This document shows, piece after piece, positions 9,688 through 21,000 of a stretch of DNA of 64,000 bases; within the stretch, counting starts at the first letter, position 1; every line of letters begins with the position of its first letter. The notes under the pieces were generated by a model. That model was not told the origin of the DNA, made no database searches, and saw only the letters and a list, made by a program, of their open reading frames with translations. Source of the stretch: a virus; IMG/VR virus record IMGVR_UViG_3300007734_000761, positions 96,001 to 160,000 of that record; one strand, given 5' to 3'. The position numbers and the translations under genes are program-made.

Positions 9688-12080
9688 TATTTATTTTTTA
9701 ATATTTCAACTTCTGCTTTAAGTTCTTTAATAGCTTGTATCAATAAAGGTACTAATCTATCATAAAGAACTGTTTTATATTCACCCCATTCAGCTATTAC
9801 TTCAGGCATTACAGATTCAATTTCTTGAGCTATAACCCCAACTTCACGTTTACCTACTCTTGATGGAGCCATTTCTTCTGCTTCTGGAGTCCAATTAAAT
9901 CTAACACCTCTAATATGATCCATTAAATCTAAAGCTGAATCAATATTTTCTACATTTGTTTTTAATCTACCATCTGAGAAGAAGGCTATAATATTACCTG
10001 TAGCTCTAATTTCTCCAGCAATACCTGGTGCAGGAGTATTTACTCCTAATGAATTAATTTGAGCATCTGAGTTAGTTGTAAATCCACCTGTTGTTCCTTG
10101 AGCACCTGTAGGGCCAGGACCTCCTGTAGGACCTGTTGGGCCTGGAGAACCAGTAGGACCTGCTGGGCCTTGAGGACCAGTAGCACCTTGAGGACCTGTA
10201 CATCCTGTAGCACCTGGAGCACCTGTGTTACCTTGTGGACCTTGTGGACCTAAAGGACCTGTAGGACCCGTAGCTCCTTGAGCTCCAGTAGCGCCTTGAG
10301 GACCTGTAGGACCTGTTGGACCAGTTGGACCTGTAGCGCCTGCAAATCCTTGAACACCTTGTGGACCTGTTGGACCAGTTGGACCTGTACTTCCTTGAAC
10401 TCCTGGAGCGCCTGTTGGACCTTGAGGACCTGCTGGACCTTGAGGACCAGTTGCACCTGTGGATCCTTGGGCACCTGTAGCGCCTTGTGGACCTGTTGCT
10501 CCGGTTGTACCCTGAGCGCCTGTAGCGCCTTGTGGACCTTGTGGACCTGTTGCACCTTGAGGACCTGTTGCACCAGTTGTACCCTGAGCGCCTGTAGCGC
10601 CTTGAGGACCAGTTGATCCTGTAGCGCCTTGAGCACCAGTTGAACCTTGAGGACCGGTTGCACCCGCAAAACCTTGTACACCTTGTGGGCCAGTAGGACC
10701 TGTTGGACCTGTAGTTCCTTGAACTCCTGGGGCACCTGTGCTACCTTGTGGACCAGTAGGACCCGTAGGACCTGTTGCACCAGTAGTACCTTGAGCGCCT
10801 GTATTACCTTGAGGACCCTGTGGGCCAGTAGCACCTTGTGCACCTGTATTACCTTGAGGACCTTGTGGGCCTGTTGCTCCTGTAGCGCCTTGAGCACCAG
10901 TTGAACCTTGAGGACCTGTTGCACCAGTAGTACCTTGAGCTCCCGTATTTCCTTGTGGACCTTGAGGACCAGTAGGACCTGTAGCACCTACTATACCTTG
11001 AACACCTTGAGGACCTTGTGGACCTGTAGGGCCAGTTGTACCTTGAACTCCTGGAGCACCTGTAGGGCCTTGAGGACCTAAAGGACCTGTTGGGCCTGTA
11101 GTACCTTGTGCACCTGTTGCGCCTTGTGGACCTTGAGGACCTAAAGGACCTGTTGGACCCGTAGCGCCTTGAGCACCTGTAGCACCTTGAGGACCTGTTG
11201 CACCAGCGAAACCTTGTACACCTTGTGGACCTTGAGCTCCTTGAGGACCAGTAGTTCCTTGTATTCCAGGTGCTCCAGTAGTACCAGTTGTACCTTGTGC
11301 TCCTGTATTACCTTGAGGACCTTGAGCACCCGTTGTACCTTGAGCTCCTTGAGGACCTTGTGGACCTAACGGACCTGTTGGACCAGTAGCTCCTTGAGCT
11401 CCTGTATTACCTTGAGGACCTTGAGCTCCAGTAGTACCTTGTGCGCCTGTGTTACCTTGAGGACCAGTTGCTCCTGTAGTACCTTGAGCTCCGGTTGCTC
11501 CAGTAGCACCTACAATACCTTGAACACCTTGAGGACCTTGAGCTCCTACAGCACCTTGAATACCTTGAGGACCTTGAGGACCTAATGGACCAGTAGCTCC
11601 TTGAGCTCCAGTGTTACCTTGTGGACCTTGAGGACCTGTAGTACCTTGAGCGCCTGTATTTCCTTGAGGGCCTTGAGCACCTGTAGCGCCTTGAGCACCA
11701 GTTGAACCTTGAGGACCAGTAGTTCCTTGAGCTCCTGTAGCACCTTGTGGACCAGTTGTACCTTGAGCTCCTGTAGCACCTTGTGGACCAGTAGCACCTT
11801 GAGGGCCAGTTGGACCTGTTGTTCCTTGAGCACCTGTATTACCTTGAGGACCTTGAGGACCTGTTGCACCTTGAGGACCAGTTGCTCCAGTAGGTCCTGT
11901 AGAACCCTGAGCTCCTGTAGCACCTTGAATACTTGCTGCTGGTCCTCCATTTACAGAAATACTTACTCCTTGAGCAACTGCTGGTGTTCCAGTTGTTTGC
12001 ATAGTCAGTGTAACGGTTTGAGTACCATCAACAAACTTTAATATACCTGTAGCGGGTGTTATTTGGACGTTTTTTGCCAT
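9687..12080 (-). CDS. Collagen-like fibre protein with a C-terminal peptidase S74 intramolecular chaperone
   Basis: About 200 Gly-X-Y triplets ([12 protein letters not shown]), then [19 protein letters not shown]...[12 protein letters not shown]...[15 protein letters not shown]. Confidence 0.9.
10084..11935 (-). repeat. Gly-X-Y collagen coding repeat (9-nt period)
   Basis: Recurring gcaccttgaggacc-type units on the + strand. Confidence 0.9.
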
Positions 12081-12086
12081 TTATAT

Positions 12087-12094
12087 ATAAATAT
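12087..12094 (-). promoter_or_regulatory. ATATTTAT putative late promoter (collagen fibre)
   Basis: 6 nt before the ATG at 12080. Confidence 0.65.
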
Positions 12095-15000
12095 TTATTC
12101 TCTAATATATTCTGTTATTAATTTATCTACATCTTTACGTTCACCGTATACTACATAATAACAATCTATATTACCTTCTTCAATTCCTATTGTCACTTTT
12201 TCAGGATTAGCTGATATTACATATAAGTTTTGTGGTTTACCTATTGAGGTTAAAGTTACTGTTATAGAATCTTCATGTACTAAATCAGTCCAATAATATG
12301 GTAATTCAATAGTGTTGTTATTAGTTAATCTACCTCTAACATATACACCAATTTCTGGACCTTCAAGTACTGAGTATCTTAATCTCCAAGGTTCTTTTTT
12401 AGTTGGGTGAATAATGTCAAAGTTTTTAATATTACCATTAATAATATCAAAATTAAGAACTCCACCAACAACAGCTCCACCAGGATTTATTGAACCTGCT
12501 CCTAAATCTAAGTTTCCTCCACCAGTGTCTATAGCACCCCCATTAGTATCAATACTACCACCTGCTAAATTAAGATTAGCACCACTATTTAAATTAAGTG
12601 TTGATCCATCAAATGTTAAATTAGCTTCACCATTAATTGTAGATGTACCTGTAGCGGTTAATACATAATTATCTGTATTATTAGTAATAGTAGTTGTACC
12701 TGATGTACCCGATGAACCACTTGAGCCAGATGTACCTGAACTTCCGCTAGTTCCATTTATACCTGATGTACCTGATGAACCTGAACTTCCACTTGTTCCT
12801 GAAGAACCGCTCGTTCCTGAAGTACCTGAAGCTCCGCTAGCTCCTGAAGTACCTGATGAACCACTTGAACCTGAAGTGCCACTTGAACCTGATGAGCCAC
12901 TTGTTCCTGATGAACCACTAGATCCAGATGTGCCTGAAGAACCGCTAGAACCTGAAGTTCCGCTTGAACCACTAGTACCGCTTGAACCTGAAGAACCGCT
13001 AGAACCTGATGTACCAGATGAACCTGAGCTGCCGCTCGTTCCTGATGAACCACTTGATCCACTTGTTCCTGAAGAACCTGAAGAACCACTTGTGCCTGAA
13101 GAACCTGAGGAACCACTTGTGCCTGAAGTACTATTAACTCCGCTTATACCAGAAGTACCAGATGATCCTGATGTTCCACTTGATCCACTTGAACCACTAG
13201 TTCCAGAAGAACCTGAGCTTCCACTTGTTCCTGATGAACCACTAGAACCTGATGTACCAGAAGAACCGCTTGTTCCACTTGAACCTGAAGAGCCTGATGT
13301 TCCACTTGATCCACTAGAACCTGAAGTGCCTGAACTTCCTGAAGTTCCTGATGATCCACTTGTTCCTGAGCTTCCGCTTGAACCTGAAGTGCCTGAACTA
13401 CCTGATGAACCTGATGTACCGCTTGAACCTGAAGAACCACTAGTACCTGAAGAACCTGATGTGCCAGATGATCCACTTGTTCCTGAGTTACCTGATGAAC
13501 CTGATGTTCCTGAACTTCCACTAGAACCACTAGTACCAGATGAACCTGAAGAACCACTTGTTCCGCTTGATCCTGAAGAACCTGATGTGCCTGATGATCC
13601 ACTTGAGCCAGATGTTCCAGAAGTACCGTTAACTCCACTTATACCTGATGTACCTGAGCTGCCACTTGATCCGCTTGTTCCTGAGGAACCTGAAGAACCG
13701 CTTGTTCCTGAACTTCCACTTGAACCTGATGTTCCACTTGATCCACTTGTTCCTGATGAACCCGAAGTTCCTGATGAACCACTTGATCCACTTGTTCCTG
13801 AAGAACCTGAACTTCCTGAAGTACCGCTTGAACCTGATGTGCCACTTGAGCCAGATGTTCCAGAAGAACCTGATGAACCAGACGTTCCTGAAGAACCGCT
13901 AGAACCTGAAGTACCACTTGAACCAGACGTTCCTGAACTACCTGATGTTCCACTTGTTCCAGATGCACCAGAATTTCCAGAAGAACCACTAGAACCTGAT
14001 GTTCCGCTTGAACCTGAACTACCTGAAGTTCCGCTTGAGCCTGATGTTCCTGAAGAACCGCTAGAACCTGAAGTTCCACTTGAACCTGATGAACCAGATG
14101 TTCCTGAAGAACCAGATGTTCCACTAGAACCTGAACTTCCGCTAGTTCCTGAAGAACCTGAAGAACCAGACGTTCCTGAAGAACCGCTAGAACCTGAAGT
14201 GCCAGAACTTCCACTTGAACCAGATGTTCCTGAACTACCACTAGTACCTGATGTACCGTTTACTCCGCTTATACCTGATGTTCCTGAAGATCCTGAGGAA
14301 CCTGATGTTCCACTAGAACCTGAAGAGCCTGATGTGCCAGAGCTACCTGATGTGCCTGATGAACCTGAAGTGCCACTAGAACCACTTGATCCACTTGTTC
14401 CAGATGAACCTGAACTTCCACTTGTTCCAGATGAACCTGATGAGCCACTAGTTCCTGATGATCCGCTTGTTCCTGATGATCCACTTGTACCTGAACTTCC
14501 ACTAGAACCACTAGTACCAGATGAACCTGAGCTTCCTGAAGTGCCTGAAGAACCTGATGTACCACTTGAGCCGCTAGAACCTGATGTTCCTGATGATCCT
14601 GAAGTACCAGATGAACCTGAAGTTCCACTTGAGCCGCTTGATCCAGATGTACCTGAAGAACCTGAGCTTCCACTTGTTCCTGATGAACCACTAGTTCCAC
14701 TTGAGCCAGAAGTACCAGATGAACCAGAAGTTCCTGAAGTACCATTAACACCACTTATACCTGAAGTGCCAGAACTACCACTAGTTCCACTTGAACCTGA
14801 TGTTCCACTAGAACCAGATGTTCCTGATGAACCACTAGTTCCTGAAGAGCCTGAGCTTCCGCTTGTTCCTGATGAACCACTAGTTCCACTTGAGCCAGAC
14901 GAACCTGAAGTTCCACTTGAGCCAGATGAACCTGAAGTTCCAGATGAACCTGATGTTCCTGAACTTCCTGAAGTGCCTGATGATCCTGAACTTCCGCTAG

Positions 15001-18000
15001 TTCCTGATGAACCACTTGAACCTGATGTGCCACTACTACCTGATGAGCCACTTGTTCCGCTTGAACCTGAAGAACCTGATGTACCACTTGATCCACTTGT
15101 TCCACTTGAACCACTAGTACCGGATGAGCCTGAGCTTCCACTTGTACCAGAACTGCCTGAACTGCCTGAAGTTCCAGAAGATCCACTAGTTCCGCTTGAT
15201 CCTGAAGAACCTGATGTACCTGAAGTGCCATTAACACCACTTATACCTGAAGTACCTGATGATCCTGAAGATCCTGATGTACCCGAACTACCAGACGAAC
15301 CTGAAGTGCCTGAAGAACCTGATGTACCTGAGCTACCGCTAGTTCCTGATGAACCACTTGTTCCACTTGAACCTGAACTTCCTGATGTACCCGATGAACC
15401 ACTTGAGCCAGATGTACCTGAACTTCCGCTAGTTCCACTTGAACCTGAAGTTCCTGATGAACCTGACGAGCCACTAGTTCCAGATGAACCTGATGTTCCA
15501 CTTGAACCACTTGTTCCACTAGAGCCTGATGTTCCTGAAGAACCTGAAGAACCACTTGTTCCAGATGAACCACTTGAACCAGATGTTCCTGAACTACCAC
15601 TAGTACCTGATGTACCATTTACTCCGCTTATACCTGATGTTCCACTTGAACCTGATGAACCTGATGTTCCACTAGAACCAGATGATCCTGATGTACCTGA
15701 ACTACCACTTGAGCCAGATGTTCCAGAAGACCCACTAGAACCTGAAGTTCCACTTGAACCTGATGTGCCTGAACTGCCAGAAGTTCCTGAGCTTCCACTT
15801 GTACCTGAAGTTCCTGAGCTACCGCTTGAACCTGAAGTACCTGAACTACCTGATGTTCCAGATGAACCGCTTGAACCTGAAGTGCCCGATGAACCGCTTG
15901 AACCTGATGTTCCGCTTGAACCTGAAGTGCCTGAGCTGCCACTTGAACCTGAGGTTCCGCTTGAACCTGATGTTCCTGAGGTGCCATTTACACCACTTAT
16001 ACCTGATGTACCAGATGAACCTGAAGTACCTGATGAGCCACTTGAACCACTAGTACCAGAAGAACCTGAACTACCTGATGTTCCTGAACTTCCACTAGTT
16101 CCACTTGAACCTGATGTTCCTGAACTTCCTGAAGTACCTGATGATCCCGAAGAACCACTAGTACCAGAAGAACCTGATGAACCTGATGTGCCAGAGCTAC
16201 CTGATGTGCCTGAACTACCTGAAGTACCACTAGAGCCTGATGTTCCTGAAGAACCTGAAGAACCACTTGTGCCTGATGAACCTGAACTTCCACTTGTACC
16301 AGAAGAACCTGATGAACCAGATGTGCCTGATGAACCTGAACTTCCACTTGTACCAGAAGATCCACTAGATCCTGAGGTGCCAGATGAACCTGAAGTGCCA
16401 GAAGAACCACTAGTACCTGATGTACCATTTACTCCGCTTATACCTGATGTTCCTGATGAACCTGATGTTCCTGATGAACCTGATGTTCCTGATGAACCAG
16501 AGCTACCTGAAGTTCCTGATGAACCTGATGTTCCACTAGAACCACTTGTTCCACTTGATCCTGAACTACCACTAGTACCTGAAGATCCACTTGAGCCACT
16601 AGTACCTGAAGAACCTGAAGTACCTGAAGAACCACTAGTACCTGAACTACCACTTGAGCCAGATGTTCCTGAGCTACCTGATGAACCTGATGTACCTGAA
16701 GATCCACTAGTACCTGAAGAGCCTGAAGTACCTGAAGAACCAGAGCTACCTGAAGTACCTGATGAACCTGATGAACCTGAAGTACCACTTGAACCTGATG
16801 TTCCTGAACTGCCAGAAGTACCTGAGCTTCCACTTGAACCTGAAGTTCCTGAACTGCCAGAAGTACCTGAGCTTCCACTTGAACCTGAAGTTCCTGAACT
16901 GCCAGAAGTACCTGAGCTTCCACTTGAACCTGACGTACCACTTGAGCCAGAAGTTCCAGAAGTTCCATTAACTCCACTTATACCTGAAGTGCCTGAAGAT
17001 CCGGATGTACCTGAACTGCCACTTGAGCCAGATGTACCTGAAGAGCCACTTGAACCTGATGTTCCTGATGAACCTGAAGATCCTGAAGTACCTGATGAAC
17101 CGCTTGTTCCACTAGAACCAGATGATCCTGATGTACCTGAACTGCCAGAAGTACCACTTGAACCTGAAGAACCACTTGTTCCACTTGAACCACTTGAACC
17201 TGAGGTGCCACTTGATCCGCTTGTTCCGCTAGAACCCGATGTTCCTGATGAACCACTTGTTCCTGATGAACCGCTTGAACCTGAAGTACCTGATGTACCA
17301 TTTACTCCGCTTATACCTGAAGTACCTGAAGATCCTGATGTACCTGAAGAACCTGATGTTCCTGAAGATCCACTTGAGCCAGATGTTCCTGATGAACCTG
17401 AGCTGCCTGAGGTTCCTGAAGAACCGCTAGTACCGCTTGAACCTGAACTTCCACTTGTTCCACTTGAACCTGATGAACCGGAAGTACCACTACTACCGCT
17501 TGTACCTGATGAACCTGATGATCCTGAAGTACCAGATGAGCCACTTGTTCCTGAAGAACCAGATGTCCCTGAACTTCCTGAAGAACCTGATGTTCCACTT
17601 GAACCACTTGTTCCTGATGAACCAGAGCTGCCTGATGTTCCTGAAGAACCTGAGGTTCCTGATGAGCCACTTGTTCCTGATGAACCTGAAGATCCTGAAG
17701 TACCTGATGAACCGCTTGTTCCTGATGAACCACTAGTACCTGAAGTACCATCTACTCCACTTATACCTGATGTACCACTAGATCCTGAAGATCCTGAAGT
17801 ACCTGATGAACCACTTGAGCCAGATGTTCCTGATGAACCTGATGAACCGCTAGTACCACTTGAACCTGAAGTACCAGATGAACCTGATGTTCCAGAAGAA
17901 CCACTAGTACCTGATGATCCACTAGATCCTGAAGTACCAGATGAACCTGATGAACCTGAGGTTCCTGAAGAACCGCTAGTTCCACTTGAACCTGAGGTTC

Positions 18001-21000
18001 CACTAGAACCCGATGAACCTGAAGTTCCTGAACTTCCTGATGAACCTGATGTGCCGCTTGAACCGCTAGTACCTGATGAACCTGATGTTCCTGATGAGCC
18101 ACTAGTTCCTGAAGAACCGCTTGAACCTGAGGTGCCACTTGAACCACTAGATCCTGAAGTGCCAGATGAACCTGAAGAGCCTGAAGTACCAGATGAACCT
18201 GACGTTCCAGATGAACCTGAAGTTCCAGATGTACCATTTACACCACTTATACCTGATGTACCACTAGATCCTGAAGATCCTGAAGTACCTGATGAACCTG
18301 AAGAACCTGATGTTCCTGAAGAACCTGAGGTTCCTGAAGAACCGCTTGAGCCAGAGGAACCTGAAGATCCGCTTGTTCCACTTGAACCTGAAGACCCAGA
18401 TGTTCCTGATGAACCTGAACTTCCTGAAGTGCCACTTGAACCAGATGTTCCGGATGAACCACTTGTACCACTTGAACCTGAAGAACCTGAGGTTCCAGAT
18501 GAACCTGATGATCCTGAAGTGCCACTACTTCCACTAGTTCCTGAAGAGCCTGAAGTACCAGATGATCCTGAAGATCCTGAAGTTCCACTTGAACCTGAAG
18601 AACCTGAGGTGCCACTTGAACCTGAAGAACCTGAGGTACCACTTGAACCAGAAGTTCCGCTTGAGCCACTAGTACCTGACGAACCGCTAGTGCCTGATGT
18701 ACCATCCACACCACTTATACCTGAAGTACCTGAGCTACCTGAAGTTCCGGATGAACCACTTGAACCAGAAGTTCCGGATGAACCTGAAGTACCACTAGAG
18801 CCTGATGTTCCTGATGAACCACTTGAACCACTTGTTCCGGATGATCCGGAAGTGCCTGATGAACCACTAGTACCTGACGATCCGCTTGAACCAGACGTTC
18901 CTGATGAACCACTTGAACCAGAAGTTCCTGAAGAACCGCTAGTTCCACTTGATCCTGAAGTGCCACTTGAACCTGAAGATCCTGATGTTCCTGATGAACC
19001 ATTTGTTCCACTAGAACCAGATGATCCTGATGTGCCAGATGAACCTGAACTACCACTTGTTCCACTTGAACCTGAAGAACCTGAAGTTCCAGATGAACCT
19101 GATGAGCCACTGGTTCCTGAAGAACCAGAAGTTCCGCTTGAGCCACTAGTACCTGATGTACCGTCAACTCCACTTATACCTGAAGTACCTGAGCTACCGC
19201 TCGTACCTGATGAACCACTTGAGCCAGATGTACCACTAGATCCTGAAGAACCTGATGTTCCACTAGAACCGCTAGTTCCAGATGAGCCTGATGTACCTGA
19301 ACTTCCACTAGTTCCTGATGAACCACTTGAACCACTTGAACCAGAAGTTCCTGAAGAACCACTTGTTCCACTTGAACCACTTGTTCCTGATGAACCTGAC
19401 GTTCCAGATGAACCAGATGTCCCTGAACTTCCTGAAGAACCTGATGTTCCACTTGAACCTGAAGTACCAGATGAACCTGAACTTCCACTAGTTCCTGAAG
19501 AACCAGAAGATCCTGAAGTACCTGATGAACCTGACGTTCCAGATGAACCTGACGTTCCAGATGAACCTGAGCTACCTGCGGTTCCTGAAGAACCACTTGT
19601 CCCAGATGAACCAGAAGTACCTGACGTACCATCAACTCCACTTATACCTGAAGTGCCGCTTGAACCTGAAGTACCAGATGAACCTGAACTTCCGCTAGTT
19701 CCTGATGAACCACTTGAGCCAGATGTACCAGAAGAACCGCTTGTTCCACTTGAACCTGATGTTCCTGAAGAACCTGATGAACCCGAGGTACCTGAACTGC
19801 CACTAGTACCTGATGAACCTGAAGTGCCAGATGAACCTGATGAACCTGAAGTTCCTGAAGAACCTGAGCTGCCTGATGTGCCAGATGAACCTGAGGTTCC
19901 TGAAGAACCACTAGAACCAGACGTTCCTGAGCTGCCTGATGTACCACTAGAACCGCTAGTGCCTGATGAACCTGAAGATCCTGAAGTGCCTGATGAGCCA
20001 CTTGAACCACTTGTACCACTTGAACCTGAAGATCCTGAAGTACCTGATGAACCAGAGGTGCCACTTGAGCCGCTAGTTCCGGATGAACCAGAAGTACCTG
20101 ACGTGCCATCTACTCCACTTATACCTGAAGTACCTGAGCTGCCTGAACTACCTGATGTGCCTGAACTACCAGAGCTGCCTGATGTGCCTGAACTGCCGCT
20201 TGAACCAGATGTACCTGATGAACCACTAGTACCTGAACTACCTGACGTACCACTTGAGCCAGAAGATCCTGAAGTACCAGAACTACCTGACGAACCACTA
20301 GTCCCACTTGAACCTGAACTTCCACTTGTTCCTGATGAACCTGAACTTCCTGACGTACCACTTGAGCCAGAAGTGCCAGAACTACCTGATGTTCCTGATG
20401 AACCACTTGAGCCAGATGTACCTGATGTGCCATCTACTCCACTTATACCTGAAGTACCACTACTTCCTGAGGAACCAGAAGTACCTGATGAACCACTTGT
20501 TCCTGATGAACCTGAAGTGCCACTTGATCCACTAGAACCTGATGTTCCTGAAGAACCTGACGTACCACTTGAGCCGCTTGAACCACTTGTTCCACTTGAA
20601 CCTGATGAACCTGAAGTACCACTAGAACCAGATGTTCCACTACTACCACTTGTACCATCAATCCCAGAAGTACCTGATGAACCACTTGTGCCTGAACTAC
20701 CTGATGTTCCTGATGTTCCGTTTATACCTGAAATTCCAGAAGTTCCTGAGCTGCCACTTGAACCTGAAGTACCACTAGAACCAGAACTACCTGATGTTCC
20801 TGAACTTCCTGAAGAACCTGAGGTTCCACTACTACCACTTGTACCTGATGATCCTGAACTACCTGATGTTCCTGAACTGCCGCTCGTTCCTGATGAACCT
20901 GATGTACCTGAAGATCCTGAAGTGCCTGATGAGCCTGAAGATCCTGAAGTACCGGAACTACCTGAAGTGCCACTTGAACCTGATGTACCACTTGAACCAC

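Noticed and set aside
10250-12041. Alternative-frame and antisense ORFs within the collagen gene
   Set aside because: By-products of the Gly-X-Y codon repeat.
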